A stretch of DNA of 64,000 bases. Source: an uncultured bacterium (GTDB lineage Bacteria; Bacteroidota; Bacteroidia; Bacteroidales; Marinilabiliaceae). The stretch lies in contig CBDUZZ010000005.1 in the NCBI GenBank assembly GCA_965371855.1, positions 28,342 through 92,341 of the forward strand, read 5' to 3'. Both the position numbers and the translations under genes were made by a program. Under the pieces are notes generated by a model, which made no database searches, was not told the DNA's origin, and was given only the letters and a program-made list of their open reading frames with translations. Positions 40,615 to 50,727 of the stretch are shown one piece after another. Position 1 is the stretch's first letter. The number at the start of each line of letters is the position of its first letter.

Positions 40615-41213
40615 ATCCAAATCTTTCAGATAAAGCCAGGTATGATTATGATTTGGTTCAGCACGCCGTAAGGGGTGACCAAAAGTCCTATGCAGAACTG
40701 ATGGGGAGATACAGAGATGCAATCTACTTTATGTTATTGAAAATGGTTAATAACAAAAGTGATGCCGAGGACTTAACAATAGAAGCCTTTGGTAAAGCAT
40801 TCAAAAACCTTAGTCAGTATTCACCAAACTACGCTTTCAGCACATGGCTTTTCAAGATTGCTTCAAATAATTGCATCGATTATCTACGTAAGAAACGAAC
40901 CAATCTGGTGTCTATTGATGGAGCCGGCTCTGATAACAAAGAAAATGAAGCTCCTATTCATCTAAAAGATGATACTCCTGACCCTGAAGAGGGATTAATC
41001 AAACAACAGAAGGCTTTACTGATGAGAACTGTTGTAAAGAAACTCAAACCGCGTTACAGAACACTTATTGAACTACGTTATTTTAAAGAGTTTTCTTACG
41101 AAGAGATAGCTATTGAACTTGACTTACCATTAGGTACTGTTAAAGCTCAACTTTTTCGTGCCAGAGAATTGTTATTCAACACTCTAAAGGGATCTGATGT
41201 GAAATTTAATTAA
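40605..41213 (+). CDS. Sigma-70 family (ECF-like) RNA polymerase sigma factor
   Basis: 202 aa. Region 2 reads AEDLTIEAFGKAFKNLSQYSPNYAFSTWLFKIASNNCIDYLRKK, and region 4 reads RTLIELRYFKEFSYEEIAIELDLPLGTVKAQLFRAR. Confidence 0.9.
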   Translation: MEVNPNLSDKARYDYDLVQHAVRGDQKSYAELMGRYRDAIYFMLLKMVNNKSDAEDLTIEAFGKAFKNLSQYSPNYAFSTWLFKIASNNCIDYLRKKRTNLVSIDGAGSDNKENEAPIHLKDDTPDPEEGLIKQQKALLMRTVVKKLKPRYRTLIELRYFKEFSYEEIAIELDLPLGTVKAQLFRARELLFNTLKGSDVKFN

Positions 41214-41243
41214 CAGGCGTTTATAACTTAGAAAACACCCTAT

Positions 41244-41864
41244 ATGGAAATCATCATCAAATATTTCCCTCATTTAACAAAACTTCAAATTAATCAACTC
41301 TCAAAATTAGGCTCTCTTTACCAAGAGTGGAACAGTAAAATAAATGTTATTTCCAGAAAAGATATTTCTGAAATATATACAAATCATGTTTTGCACTCAC
41401 TGGCAATTGCCAGTTTCACCTCCTTTACCAAAAGTACAAACATTTTGGATGTAGGTACCGGCGGTGGCTTTCCCGGTATCCCACTGGCCATTTTGTTTCC
41501 TGATGTATCTTTTCACCTGATTGATTCTATAGGAAAAAAAATCAAAGTCGTTAATGCTGTTACCGAATCTCTTAATTTGAATAACGTAACTACCCGGCAA
41601 ATAAGAGTAGAAAACTTAAAAAACAAATACGACTTCATTGTGAGTAGAGCGGTTACTGCCTTCCCCGATTTTGTAAAGCTTTGCAACAACAGAATAAAAA
41701 AAGAACAAAAAAATGCTATTTCAAACGGGATACTATATCTGAAAGGCGGAAATTTTGATAATGAACTTAAACTTTTTAAACGGAGAGTCAGCATAATCCC
41801 ATTAATACAATATTTTGATGAGCCTTTTTTCGAAACAAAAAAGCTAATTCACCTCTCTCTTTAA
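41244..41864 (+). CDS. rsmG: 16S rRNA (guanine527-N7)-methyltransferase
   Basis: 206 aa. WNSKINVISRKD...HVLHSL...ILDVGTGGGFPGIPLAI is the GidB/RsmG signature. Confidence 0.9.
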   Translation: MEIIIKYFPHLTKLQINQLSKLGSLYQEWNSKINVISRKDISEIYTNHVLHSLAIASFTSFTKSTNILDVGTGGGFPGIPLAILFPDVSFHLIDSIGKKIKVVNAVTESLNLNNVTTRQIRVENLKNKYDFIVSRAVTAFPDFVKLCNNRIKKEQKNAISNGILYLKGGNFDNELKLFKRRVSIIPLIQYFDEPFFETKKLIHLSL

Positions 41865-41906
41865 AAAATAAATAACATTTTTTTTTGAAAAAAGTAAGTT
41901 ATACTT

Positions 41907-41936
41907 TTTGGAAGAAGAAAAAAACATGTATTTTTG
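41907..41936 (+). promoter_or_regulatory. Possible Bacteroidota promoter (TTTG-N18-TATTTTTG) for rpmH
   Basis: TTTG at 41907-41910 and TAttTTTG at 41929-41936, 53 nt upstream of the rpmH ATG. Confidence 0.4.
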
Positions 41937-41988
41937 CAGTCCATTTTATAAAAACCAAGAATAAGTCGAAAGATAAAAACATATTACA

Positions 41989-42147
41989 ATGAAAAGGACA
42001 TTTCAACCATCAAACAGGAAAAGAAAGAATAAGCACGGTTTCAGATCAAGAATGGAATCTCACAACGGACGTAATATTATCAATGCCCGCAGAGCAAAAG
42101 GAAGAAAAAAAGTTAGTGTTTCAGACGAGAAAAAGCATAAAGCATAA
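41989..42147 (+). CDS. rpmH: 50S ribosomal protein L34
   Basis: Below the ORF-track size cut-off. Hand translation gives [52 protein letters not shown], with the [16 protein letters not shown]34 signature. Confidence 0.95.
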   Translation: MKRTFQPSNRKRKNKHGFRSRMESHNGRNIINARRAKGRKKVSVSDEKKHKA

Positions 42148-42173
42148 TATACTTTTTTAAAATATATAGAATT

Positions 42174-42206
42174 AAAGGGCTCAAATGAGAGCCCTTTTTC
42201 TTTTTT
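42174..42206 (+). terminator. Intrinsic terminator after rpmH
   Basis: aaagggctc-aaatga-gagcccttt followed by a T-rich tail (tttttcttttttat). Confidence 0.8.
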
Positions 42207-42273
42207 ATCCTATCTTATTTCTGCAAGATTACTTATTTTATATTATTTTTGAATAAAACAGAAAATTACTGAT

Positions 42274-43134
42274 ATGTCATTCATAAAATTCATAATAAGT
42301 AAACCATTCCTGAAAAACATTGGAATAATCATGGCTGCCTTAGTCTTACTCCTTATAGTTGTATTTGTAAGTTTAAGCATCTACACCCATCATGGCGAAG
42401 CTAATCCATTACCCAATCTTTCAGGATTAACTGAAAAACAGTTTCAGGATATTATTAAAAAGAACAACTTACGTTACAAGATCATAGACTCAGTACATAT
42501 TGCTGACAAATTACCGGGCGTAGTAATTGAACAAACACCTGAAGCAGGTGCAAAAGTAAAAAGAAACAGAACCATTTTTTTCACCATAAATGCTTATACA
42601 TCTGAAAAAGTTCAAATGCCAAATGTTGTTGAATTCTCACTTCGCGATGCAAAAGTAACTCTTGAATCTTATGGGCTTAAAACAGGGAAAATAATATATG
42701 TGCCCAGCGAATACACCAACCTGGTAATGGGCCAGATGCATAAAGGAAAACCTATAGAACGCGGGACATCCATACCTAAGGGTTCAGGAATAGACTTAAT
42801 GATTGGTAAAGGCCTGAGCAATAAAAAAACCAATGTGCCAGATCTTACAGGCTTTTCCATTGAAAAATCTGAACAAACTTGTTTGAACGCTTCCCTTAAT
42901 ATTGGTGCAATTATTTGTGATTCAACAATAAAAACTGTAGAAGATTCGACAGCAGCATTTATTTGGAAACAGAGACCCAAAGCCAAAGATGGCACTCGAT
43001 TGTATCTCGGAGCATCAATAGACATTTGGATAAGCCTCGACTCTGCTAAAATACTTCCCGACTCCCTAGCGTTAGAATTACTACAAACGGAATTAGGAAA
43101 AGACTCCATCATCTCAAACAACAATAATGAGTGA
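42274..43134 (+). CDS. PASTA domain-containing membrane protein
   Basis: 286 aa with an N-terminal TM segment and three repeats of the PASTA-like pattern (PNL.G....A...L...GL.......). Confidence 0.7.
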   Translation: MSFIKFIISKPFLKNIGIIMAALVLLLIVVFVSLSIYTHHGEANPLPNLSGLTEKQFQDIIKKNNLRYKIIDSVHIADKLPGVVIEQTPEAGAKVKRNRTIFFTINAYTSEKVQMPNVVEFSLRDAKVTLESYGLKTGKIIYVPSEYTNLVMGQMHKGKPIERGTSIPKGSGIDLMIGKGLSNKKTNVPDLTGFSIEKSEQTCLNASLNIGAIICDSTIKTVEDSTAAFIWKQRPKAKDGTRLYLGASIDIWISLDSAKILPDSLALELLQTELGKDSIISNNNNE

Positions 43135-44176
43135 GGAGATAGCAGAAAATATGGAAGAGCCGGAAGAGAGCAGCGAACTGTATGAGCACTACAGATTTTT
43201 GGTTGATAGCGGACAAACAGCGTTGAGAATAGATCGGTTTCTGGTTAATCGCATTCAGAATGCTTCACGAAACAAAATACAATCAGCCGCAGCTGCCGGT
43301 AATATCCTGGTAAACGGCAAATCTGTAAAATCAAATTACAAAGTAAAGCCCAACGATGAGATATCAATAGTGATGTCTTATCCGCCACCTGACAATGTAA
43401 TTATACCCGAAAATATCCCTTTAAATATTGTTTACGAAGATGACTCTGTATTGGTGATAAATAAAGATGCAGAGATAGTAATCCATCCCGGTTACGGAAA
43501 CAAAACAGGTACTTTAGTTAATGCATTGGTTTACCACTTTAAAGGAGACCCTTTTTTCAACCCCGAAAATGAACGACCCGGCATTGTTCATCGCATTGAT
43601 AAAGGCACAACCGGGCTTTTGGTAGTTGCAAAAACAGACATTGCACGAAATCATCTGGCTCGCCAGTTTTTTGAAAAAACATCAGAAAGAACCTATGTTG
43701 CATTAGTTTGGGGGCAGCTCAAAGAAAACGAAGGAACAATAACAGGTCATATAGGAAGAAGCATGAAAGACAGATTGCAGATGGCTGTTTTTCCGGATGG
43801 TGAAAACGGCAAGCCGGCTATAACACATTATAAAGTGATTGAACGATTAGGGTATGTGACTCTTATTGAATGCAAGCTTGAGACAGGCCGCACCCACCAG
43901 ATACGAGCACACCTTAAGTACATGGGCCATCCTTTGTTCAACGATGAAAGATACGGAGGGAATCAAATACTAAAAGGAACAACCTTTACAAAATACAAGC
44001 AATTTGTGCAGAACTGTTTTAAATTAATTCCAAGGCAAGCCTTACATGCCAAAACACTAGGATTCATCCATCCCAGAACAGGAAAAAAAATGGTTTTTGA
44101 TTCTGGTCTACCTGATGATCTGGCACAGGTAATTGATAAATGGCGAAACTATATTGTCAATAGAAAGAATAGTTGA
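43127..44176 (+). CDS. rluD: RluA-family 23S rRNA pseudouridine synthase (RluD-like)
   Basis: N-terminal S4 domain (RIDRFL...SRNKIQ) and catalytic HRIDKGTTGLLVVAK motif. Confidence 0.88.
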   Translation: MSEEIAENMEEPEESSELYEHYRFLVDSGQTALRIDRFLVNRIQNASRNKIQSAAAAGNILVNGKSVKSNYKVKPNDEISIVMSYPPPDNVIIPENIPLNIVYEDDSVLVINKDAEIVIHPGYGNKTGTLVNALVYHFKGDPFFNPENERPGIVHRIDKGTTGLLVVAKTDIARNHLARQFFEKTSERTYVALVWGQLKENEGTITGHIGRSMKDRLQMAVFPDGENGKPAITHYKVIERLGYVTLIECKLETGRTHQIRAHLKYMGHPLFNDERYGGNQILKGTTFTKYKQFVQNCFKLIPRQALHAKTLGFIHPRTGKKMVFDSGLPDDLAQVIDKWRNYIVNRKNS

Positions 44177-45183
44177 TTATGAAAAAAAATATTGCAATTG
44201 TTTATGGAGGATATTCATCTGAAATTATTGTTTCAGAAAAAAGCATGGAAGGAATACAATCTTTCATCGATAAAGACAAATTCAATACCTATCCGATACT
44301 TATTAAAGACCTTGAGTGGAAGGCTGTCATAGACAGTAACTATATTTCAATTGACAAAAATGACTTTTCATTTAACCTTAATGGTAAGAAAGTAACCTTC
44401 GATTGTGTTTACATTACTATACACGGGACACCGGGTGAGAACGGCATATTGCAAGGTTACCTTGATATGATAGGCATACCTCATACCACTTGTAATGTAT
44501 TGCCTTCAGCAATAACATTTAACAAATTTACTTGCAACACCTATTTAAAAGGATTTGGAGTTGCAGTAGCCGATTCTGTTCTATTACGTAAAAACAATGA
44601 ATACAGTGCTGATGAAATTGTTGAAAAATTAGGATTGCCATGTTTTGTAAAACCTAATGCCGGAGGTTCAAGCTTTGGCATAACAAAAGTTAAAACTCAG
44701 GAAGAGGTTAATCCGGCAATAGAAAAAGCTTTTAAAGAGAGTGATGAGGTTATAATTGAACAGCTTATCGAAGGAAGAGAACTGACATGCGGATTGTATA
44801 AAACGTCAGATGGAGAAAATATCTTTCCAATAACAGAAGTAGTAAGTAAAAATGAGTTTTTTGATTTTGAAGCAAAATACACAGCTGAGAAGGTAGAGGA
44901 GATTACACCTGCCCGAATTCCCGGGGATATCAGAAAACGTATCAGAACGATATCCTCACTTATTTATGATATTTTAGGATGTAAGGGAATTATCCGAATA
45001 GACTACATATATAGTAAGGATAAAAATTTCATGCTTGAAGTTAATACAACACCCGGAATGACTCTTACAAGTTTCATCCCTCAACAAATTAAAGCTGATA
45101 ACCTTAACATAACTGATGTTTTTTCTGATATTATTGAAGATGCTATAGACAGGTTTTCCCCTCTATTTCCCCTCTCCGTTTAA
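44173..45183 (+). CDS. ddl: D-alanine--D-alanine ligase
   Basis: KKNIAIVYGGYSSE, IHGTPGENGILQGYLD, FVKPNAGGSSFGI and LEVNTTPGMT. The start is probably ATG 44179. Confidence 0.93.
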   Translation: MIMKKNIAIVYGGYSSEIIVSEKSMEGIQSFIDKDKFNTYPILIKDLEWKAVIDSNYISIDKNDFSFNLNGKKVTFDCVYITIHGTPGENGILQGYLDMIGIPHTTCNVLPSAITFNKFTCNTYLKGFGVAVADSVLLRKNNEYSADEIVEKLGLPCFVKPNAGGSSFGITKVKTQEEVNPAIEKAFKESDEVIIEQLIEGRELTCGLYKTSDGENIFPITEVVSKNEFFDFEAKYTAEKVEEITPARIPGDIRKRIRTISSLIYDILGCKGIIRIDYIYSKDKNFMLEVNTTPGMTLTSFIPQQIKADNLNITDVFSDIIEDAIDRFSPLFPLSV

Positions 45184-46176
45184 CAAGGTGCCAATAGTAT
45201 AAAACAAAATCTTCAAATCCAGTAATAGCGTCTGATTTTCAACATATAGCACATCGTAACGAAGGCGCAAGATCATTTGTTCGAGATTTTCGGCATACCC
45301 AAACTTAACCATTCCAAGTGAAGTAATACCCGGTTTGACTTTCAGCACCAATGAGTAATAAGGTGCTTTCTCCAAAATCTTTTCCAGAAAATACTGTCTC
45401 TCAGGTCGTGGACCAACAAGTGACATGTGTCCAATTAGCACATTTACTAATTGAGGCAATTCATCTAACCTCCACTGCCGTAACCACTTTCCGGCTATAG
45501 TAATACGTGGATCATTAGACGATGATAAGGCCGGAGTCCCATTTTCCGCATCCTCATACATTGTACGAAACTTAAACATCCTGAACGGCACACCATTTCT
45601 TCCAATTCGTTCCTGCGTAAAAAATACAGCCCCGGGTGAGCTCCTTTTAATTGAATAAATAATAAATGGCAATACCGGTAACAATAGTATTAAACCTATA
45701 ATTGAAATAACAATATCTAATAACCGTTTTACTAAAACCTGAATAAAGGGTATTCCTTTACTATGTATTACAACAAACGGGGGTTTTTCTATTTCATCAA
45801 TTGTTACTTGTCCTTTTAAAATATCAGTAAGTTGTCCCGGAATATTAAGCGTTAAATTATACCGTTTACTAAACGTAATAACATCTCGTAATTCATTAAA
45901 ATCCTTTAGAAAAGAGCTTATTGCTTTACTCTTTCCCAGAATCACGAAATTAAACCGAACATAACCCCAGTCAAATAGTTTATTAATTATAATAAAGGTA
46001 AAAACACGGGAAACCCCCATGATTATAATAAACTGAATTGATATTTTCAGAAATGTTATCCATGAATTATCATATTCGAACAATTTAAGAGTACCAAAAA
46101 CGACAAGAAAAAACAGGTCAACTAAAAAGAAAATCAGAACAATCTTTCGGTTAGTAATATGTCTACTTTCCTTCAT
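45163..46176 (-). CDS. Polyprenyl-phosphate sugar transferase (bacterial sugar transferase family)
   Basis: The C-terminal domain reads KRLLDIVISIIGLILLLPV...FTQERIGRNGVPFRMFKFRTM...DELPQLVNVLIGHMSLVGPRP. Its 3' end overlaps the ddl 3' end convergently by 21 nt. Confidence 0.88.
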   Translation of the reverse strand: MKESRHITNRKIVLIFFLVDLFFLVVFGTLKLFEYDNSWITFLKISIQFIIIMGVSRVFTFIIINKLFDWGYVRFNFVILGKSKAISSFLKDFNELRDVITFSKRYNLTLNIPGQLTDILKGQVTIDEIEKPPFVVIHSKGIPFIQVLVKRLLDIVISIIGLILLLPVLPFIIYSIKRSSPGAVFFTQERIGRNGVPFRMFKFRTMYEDAENGTPALSSSNDPRITIAGKWLRQWRLDELPQLVNVLIGHMSLVGPRPERQYFLEKILEKAPYYSLVLKVKPGITSLGMVKFGYAENLEQMILRLRYDVLYVENQTLLLDLKILFYTIGTLLNGEGK

Positions 46177-46324
46177 ATGTTATTAAATCATAAAAAAGAG
46201 TATGTATCTATCAGATACCTGAATTATTATAACGTATAATATAATTATTTATTCTATTCTTTTATAATCAAAATAAACATTTTTCATTTCCTGATTAAGA
46301 GTAATCTTTGTATTTTTACCACCT

Positions 46325-46972
46325 ATGACAATCAAAGACACATACCGACATAAAGGACTAAGGAACAAACTAGTACAAACACTTAAACAAAAAGGCATAT
46401 CAAACGGGGATTTATTAAAAGCTATCGGAGAGGTTCCACGTCATCTGTTTATCGAAAGTGGTTTTGTAAACTTTGCATATCAGGATAAAGCGTTCCCAAT
46501 TGGAGCCGGACAAACAATCTCACAACCCTATACTGTCGCATTTCAAACACAATTACTTGAATTAAAGCCTGAAGATAAAGTTCTGGAAATTGGAACAGGC
46601 TCAGGTTATCAGGCTGCAGTACTTATTGAAATGGGTGTAGATTTATATACTATTGAACGGCAATCTGAATTATATAAAAAGACAACAAAACTATTAAAAA
46701 ACATGGGATATAAAGCCCATTTTTATCTGGGAGATGGATTTAACGGATTACCTTCTTTCGCCCCGTTTGATAAGATACTTATAACTGCCGGCGCTCCTTT
46801 TATTCCTAAAAACCTGTTACTTCAACTAAACCAAGGCGGACATCTTATAATTCCTTTAGGAGAAAAAGAGCAGATAATGACAAAAATAGTAAGAATTAAT
46901 GATGACGAATTTGAACAAACAGAATTAGGCCCTTGCGCATTTGTTCCCATGTTGGAAGGAGTGGTGAAGTAA
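46325..46972 (+). CDS. pcm: Protein-L-isoaspartate O-methyltransferase
   Basis: VPRHLF..., QTISQPYTVA and VLEIGTGSGYQAAVL motifs. 215 aa. Confidence 0.93.
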   Translation: MTIKDTYRHKGLRNKLVQTLKQKGISNGDLLKAIGEVPRHLFIESGFVNFAYQDKAFPIGAGQTISQPYTVAFQTQLLELKPEDKVLEIGTGSGYQAAVLIEMGVDLYTIERQSELYKKTTKLLKNMGYKAHFYLGDGFNGLPSFAPFDKILITAGAPFIPKNLLLQLNQGGHLIIPLGEKEQIMTKIVRINDDEFEQTELGPCAFVPMLEGVVK

Positions 46973-47012
46973 GGATGTGGGGATTTATGATTTATGATGT
47001 GGGGATGCGAGA
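46973..47012. repeat. Short word array GGATGTGGGGAT-TTATGAT-TTATGAT-GTGGGGATG
   Basis: ggatgtggggatttatgatttatgatgtggggatgcgagat starts directly after the pcm stop. It shares the GATTTATGAT and GATGTGGGGATG words with 9227-9348, in the opposite orientation. Confidence 0.85.
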
Positions 47013-47057
47013 TATGGTTTTTTTCAGATATGTTAACTAATTTATAGATTTTAATTT

Positions 47058-47696
47058 ATGAAAGTAGATGTAATTCCACAAAATCCATGGCAGGTAAATA
47101 CCATTATTCTGTCAGATGAAACAAATGAATGTGTAATAATCGATCCGGGTTGTTTTAATGAGGAAGAGGAGCAACAAATCCGGGAGTTTATCTCAACAAA
47201 CAAGTTAAAACCTGTCAGATTACTGCATACACACCTTCATCTGGATCATGTTTTTGGAACCCGATATATTGCCGATACTTATGGTCTGAAACCGGAAGCC
47301 CATCCTGATGATGAATTTCTTATAGACATAACCAAAGATTATGCAACACAGTTTGGTGTAACTATTGAGCAAAATCCACCGGCATTAGGCAATTACCTTA
47401 ATGATGATGATGAAATAGCATTCGGCAACTCTAAATTAAAAATCATTCATGTTCCCGGTCATTCCCCGGGAGGTATTGCATTTTATAACGAGAACAATAA
47501 AACAGTGATTGCGGGTGATGTTCTGTTTAAAGATAGTATTGGCAGGTCTGATCTTCCGGGAGGAGATTACGACACTCTTATTTCAAATATTAAAAGCAAA
47601 CTGCTTATTCTACCTGAAGATACAATCGTCTATCCCGGGCATGGCTCTTCTACTACCATAGGCTATGAAAAAGAAACAAACCCGTTTTTACAGTAA
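47058..47696 (+). CDS. MBL-fold metallo-hydrolase (glyoxalase II-like)
   Basis: THLHLDH metal-binding motif plus HVPGHSPG. 212 aa. Confidence 0.88.
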   Translation: MKVDVIPQNPWQVNTIILSDETNECVIIDPGCFNEEEEQQIREFISTNKLKPVRLLHTHLHLDHVFGTRYIADTYGLKPEAHPDDEFLIDITKDYATQFGVTIEQNPPALGNYLNDDDEIAFGNSKLKIIHVPGHSPGGIAFYNENNKTVIAGDVLFKDSIGRSDLPGGDYDTLISNIKSKLLILPEDTIVYPGHGSSTTIGYEKETNPFLQ

Positions 47697-47812
47697 TAGA
47701 TTTTAATTGCATATAATTTTCCTTGATTTTAATAGCAAAAATCATTGTATATTAATGAAAACTTTATTCAATTTGGATAGTTAAAATAAACACTAAAATT
47801 AAATAAAACAAT

Positions 47813-50683
47813 ATGGCAACTGATATGTTTGTTTCCCGCCACATTGGCCCAAGGGAACATGAAATTAAAACAATACTCAAAAAAATTGGTGTTTCATCCA
47901 TTGATGAATTAATCGACCAAACAGTACCTTCTGACATTAGAGCCAAAGAAAAATTAAATATTAACGAGGGATTAACCGAAAGACAATATTACAGGAAGAT
48001 ATTAGACATCGCAGGTAAAAACAGAGTATTTAATACATACATCGGGATAGGGTATTACGATACCATTACGCCTGCTGTGATTTTACGCAATGTTTTAGAG
48101 AACCCTGTTTGGTACACTTCTTACACTCCTTATCAGGCAGAGATATCTCAGGGACGTTTAGAGGCTCTATTGAATTTTCAAACAGTTATTACCGAGCTAA
48201 CCGGAATGGAACTGGCCAATGCTTCGCTTCTGGATGAAGCTACCGCTGCCGCAGAGGCTATGATAATGATGCATAATGCCAGAACAAGAGCTGATGTAAA
48301 AGCAGGGAAGAACAAACTCCTTGTAGATGAAAAAATCTGGGCGCAAACAAGAGCTGTTCTTGAAACACGTGCTAATCCACTAGGTATAGAGTTACAATTT
48401 ACCGACTACAAAACAGTTAACTTTGACGATAACCTTTTTGGAATAATAGTACAATACCCAAATTCGGACGGAAACATTGAAGACTATTCTGAGTTCGTAA
48501 AAAAAGCTCATGAGAACAGTATCAAAGTTGCTGTTGCTGCGGACTTGCTCAGTCTGGCTTTACTAACTCCTCCCGGAGAATGGGATGCCGATATTGTTTT
48601 CGGTTCATCTCAACGCATGGGTATTCCAATGGGATACGGCGGCCCACATGCAGCTTTTTTTGCAGCTCGCGAATCTTTAAAACGTTCTATGCCGGGAAGA
48701 ATTATTGGTGTTTCAAAAGATGTAAACGGAAAAAGGGCTCTCAGAATGGCACTTCAAACCCGTGAGCAACATATTAAACGCGAAAAAGCAACTTCAAATA
48801 TTTGTACAGCACAAGCATTGCTGGCTACCATGGCCGGATTTTACGCTGTTTATCATGGAGCTAAGGGAATAAAAAATATAGCGAACAGAATTCATGGTAT
48901 AGCATCTCAATTGTCCGAAGAAATAGAAAAATTTGGGTACAAACAGCTTAATGAAAATTATTTTGACACTATCCGTTTTTCAGTACCTGAAAATGTAAAC
49001 ATAAAAAATATAGAGGAATTATCGCTTGCATTAGAGATGAACTTCCGCTACTTTCAGAACGGTGACGTTGGATTAAGTATTGACGAAACAACTAACCTTG
49101 AAGATATCAACTGGATAGTTGAAGTATTTGCTAAAGCAGCAAATTATCAACAACCGGATATCCTTGAAATTAAAGAGTCGTGCAGTATTGACAATAAATA
49201 TCTTCGAACAAGTAATTTTTTGACACAAGATATTTTTAAAGAGTATCATTCCGAAACAGAAATGGTTCGTTACATCAAAAAATTAGAACGACGCGACATA
49301 TCATTGACTCATTCAATGATCTCACTGGGTTCCTGCACAATGAAACTGAATGCAGCTACTGAGATGTTACCATTGAGCTGGATTGAATTTGGCGGGCTTC
49401 ATCCATTTATTCCCCAAAATCAGGCTGAAGGATACCACGAGATGATGAAAGAGTTACGAAAAGACCTGGCTGAAATAACCGGTTTTGAAGATGTATGTCT
49501 GCAACCAAATTCAGGAGCTGCCGGGGAATATGCCGGGCTAATGGTTATCAGAGCACATCATCAAAGCCGTGGAGACAATCAGCGTAATATTGCAATTATA
49601 CCTTCCTCAGCACACGGAACAAATCCAGCCAGTGCCGTAATGGCAGGAATGAAAGTGATAGTAGTAAAATGTGATGAGAGAGGAAATATTGATATTGAAG
49701 ATCTGAGAGAAAAAGCTGAAGCAAACAAAGACAATCTTTCGTGTTTAATGGTCACATACCCATCTACTCATGGAGTATTCGAAAGTGGCATTAAAAAAAT
49801 GTGTGAGATTATTCACAATAATGGCGGTCAGGTCTATATGGATGGAGCAAACATGAACGCCCAGGTTGGACTGACAAGCCCCGGACTCATTGGAGCTGAC
49901 GTGTGCCACCTTAATCTGCATAAAACATTTGCTATACCTCATGGAGGCGGAGGCCCGGGTGTAGGCCCGATTGGTGTGGCTAAACACCTTGTTCAGTTTC
50001 TACCCAAGCATCCTGTAGCAGACAATTCACACACAGGAATATCTGCTGTATCAGCTGCACCATGGGGTAGTGCCAGCGTTTTACCCATAACATATGGTTA
50101 CATAAAAATGCTTGGGGGCGATGGCCTTACCCAATCTACTAAAATGGCCATTTTAAATGCAAACTACATGGCTACTATGCTTAAAGAAGGCTATGGGATA
50201 TTATATACCGGTGAAAATAACCGTGTAGCTCACGAAATGATTCTTGAATGCCGTCATTTTAAAGCCACGTCCGGTGTTACAGAAACAGATATTTCAAAAA
50301 GACTTATGGATTATGGCTTCCATGCTCCTACAGTCTCGTTCCCTGTTCATGGAACTTTAATGGTTGAACCAACAGAAAGCGAATCACTTCAGGAAATGGA
50401 TCGTTTCATTGAAGCTATGCAAAGTATCCTTAAAGAGATTAAAGAGATTGAAACAGGTGAAACAGATAAAACAGATAATGTTCTTAAAAATGCTCCTCAT
50501 CCTGCCTATGTAGTTGTGGCCGATAACTGGGAACATTCTTATGGAAGAGAAAAAGCTGCTTATCCTCTGGAGTGGATACATAACAATAAATTTTGGATTG
50601 ACGTAGCCAGGATAGATGATGCTTACGGTGATCGCAACCTGATTTGCACATGCACTCCTATTGATAAGTATAATGAAAAATAG
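47813..50683 (+). CDS. gcvP: Glycine dehydrogenase (decarboxylating), single-chain P protein
   Basis: 956 aa with TSYTPYQAEISQGRLEALLNFQT and HLNLHKTFAIPHGGGGPG (the PLP-lysine region). Confidence 0.95.
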   Translation: MATDMFVSRHIGPREHEIKTILKKIGVSSIDELIDQTVPSDIRAKEKLNINEGLTERQYYRKILDIAGKNRVFNTYIGIGYYDTITPAVILRNVLENPVWYTSYTPYQAEISQGRLEALLNFQTVITELTGMELANASLLDEATAAAEAMIMMHNARTRADVKAGKNKLLVDEKIWAQTRAVLETRANPLGIELQFTDYKTVNFDDNLFGIIVQYPNSDGNIEDYSEFVKKAHENSIKVAVAADLLSLALLTPPGEWDADIVFGSSQRMGIPMGYGGPHAAFFAARESLKRSMPGRIIGVSKDVNGKRALRMALQTREQHIKREKATSNICTAQALLATMAGFYAVYHGAKGIKNIANRIHGIASQLSEEIEKFGYKQLNENYFDTIRFSVPENVNIKNIEELSLALEMNFRYFQNGDVGLSIDETTNLEDINWIVEVFAKAANYQQPDILEIKESCSIDNKYLRTSNFLTQDIFKEYHSETEMVRYIKKLERRDISLTHSMISLGSCTMKLNAATEMLPLSWIEFGGLHPFIPQNQAEGYHEMMKELRKDLAEITGFEDVCLQPNSGAAGEYAGLMVIRAHHQSRGDNQRNIAIIPSSAHGTNPASAVMAGMKVIVVKCDERGNIDIEDLREKAEANKDNLSCLMVTYPSTHGVFESGIKKMCEIIHNNGGQVYMDGANMNAQVGLTSPGLIGADVCHLNLHKTFAIPHGGGGPGVGPIGVAKHLVQFLPKHPVADNSHTGISAVSAAPWGSASVLPITYGYIKMLGGDGLTQSTKMAILNANYMATMLKEGYGILYTGENNRVAHEMILECRHFKATSGVTETDISKRLMDYGFHAPTVSFPVHGTLMVEPTESESLQEMDRFIEAMQSILKEIKEIETGETDKTDNVLKNAPHPAYVVVADNWEHSYGREKAAYPLEWIHNNKFWIDVARIDDAYGDRNLICTCTPIDKYNEK

Positions 50684-50692
50684 TTTTTTGAG

Positions 50693-50717
50693 AAGTTAGT
50701 CATCGGATGACTAATTT
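50693..50717. terminator. Hairpin between convergent gcvP and the GH13 gene
   Basis: ttagtca-tcgga-tgactaa is a 7-bp core stem, extendable to about 10 bp by one G-T wobble and two A-T pairs. It is followed by tttatctgcttttt. The terminator-like character is only moderate. Confidence 0.5.
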
Positions 50718-50727
50718 ATCTGCTTTT

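Noticed and set aside
47697-47812. Riboswitch candidates: glycine upstream of gcvP, and cobalamin upstream of the TonB-dependent receptor (25994-26282) and the PduO gene (59656-59880).
   Set aside because: The leaders are AT-rich. I could not find the conserved cores: no glycine-aptamer GGAGAG...CACCG-type elements and no B12-box-like GCCACTG.
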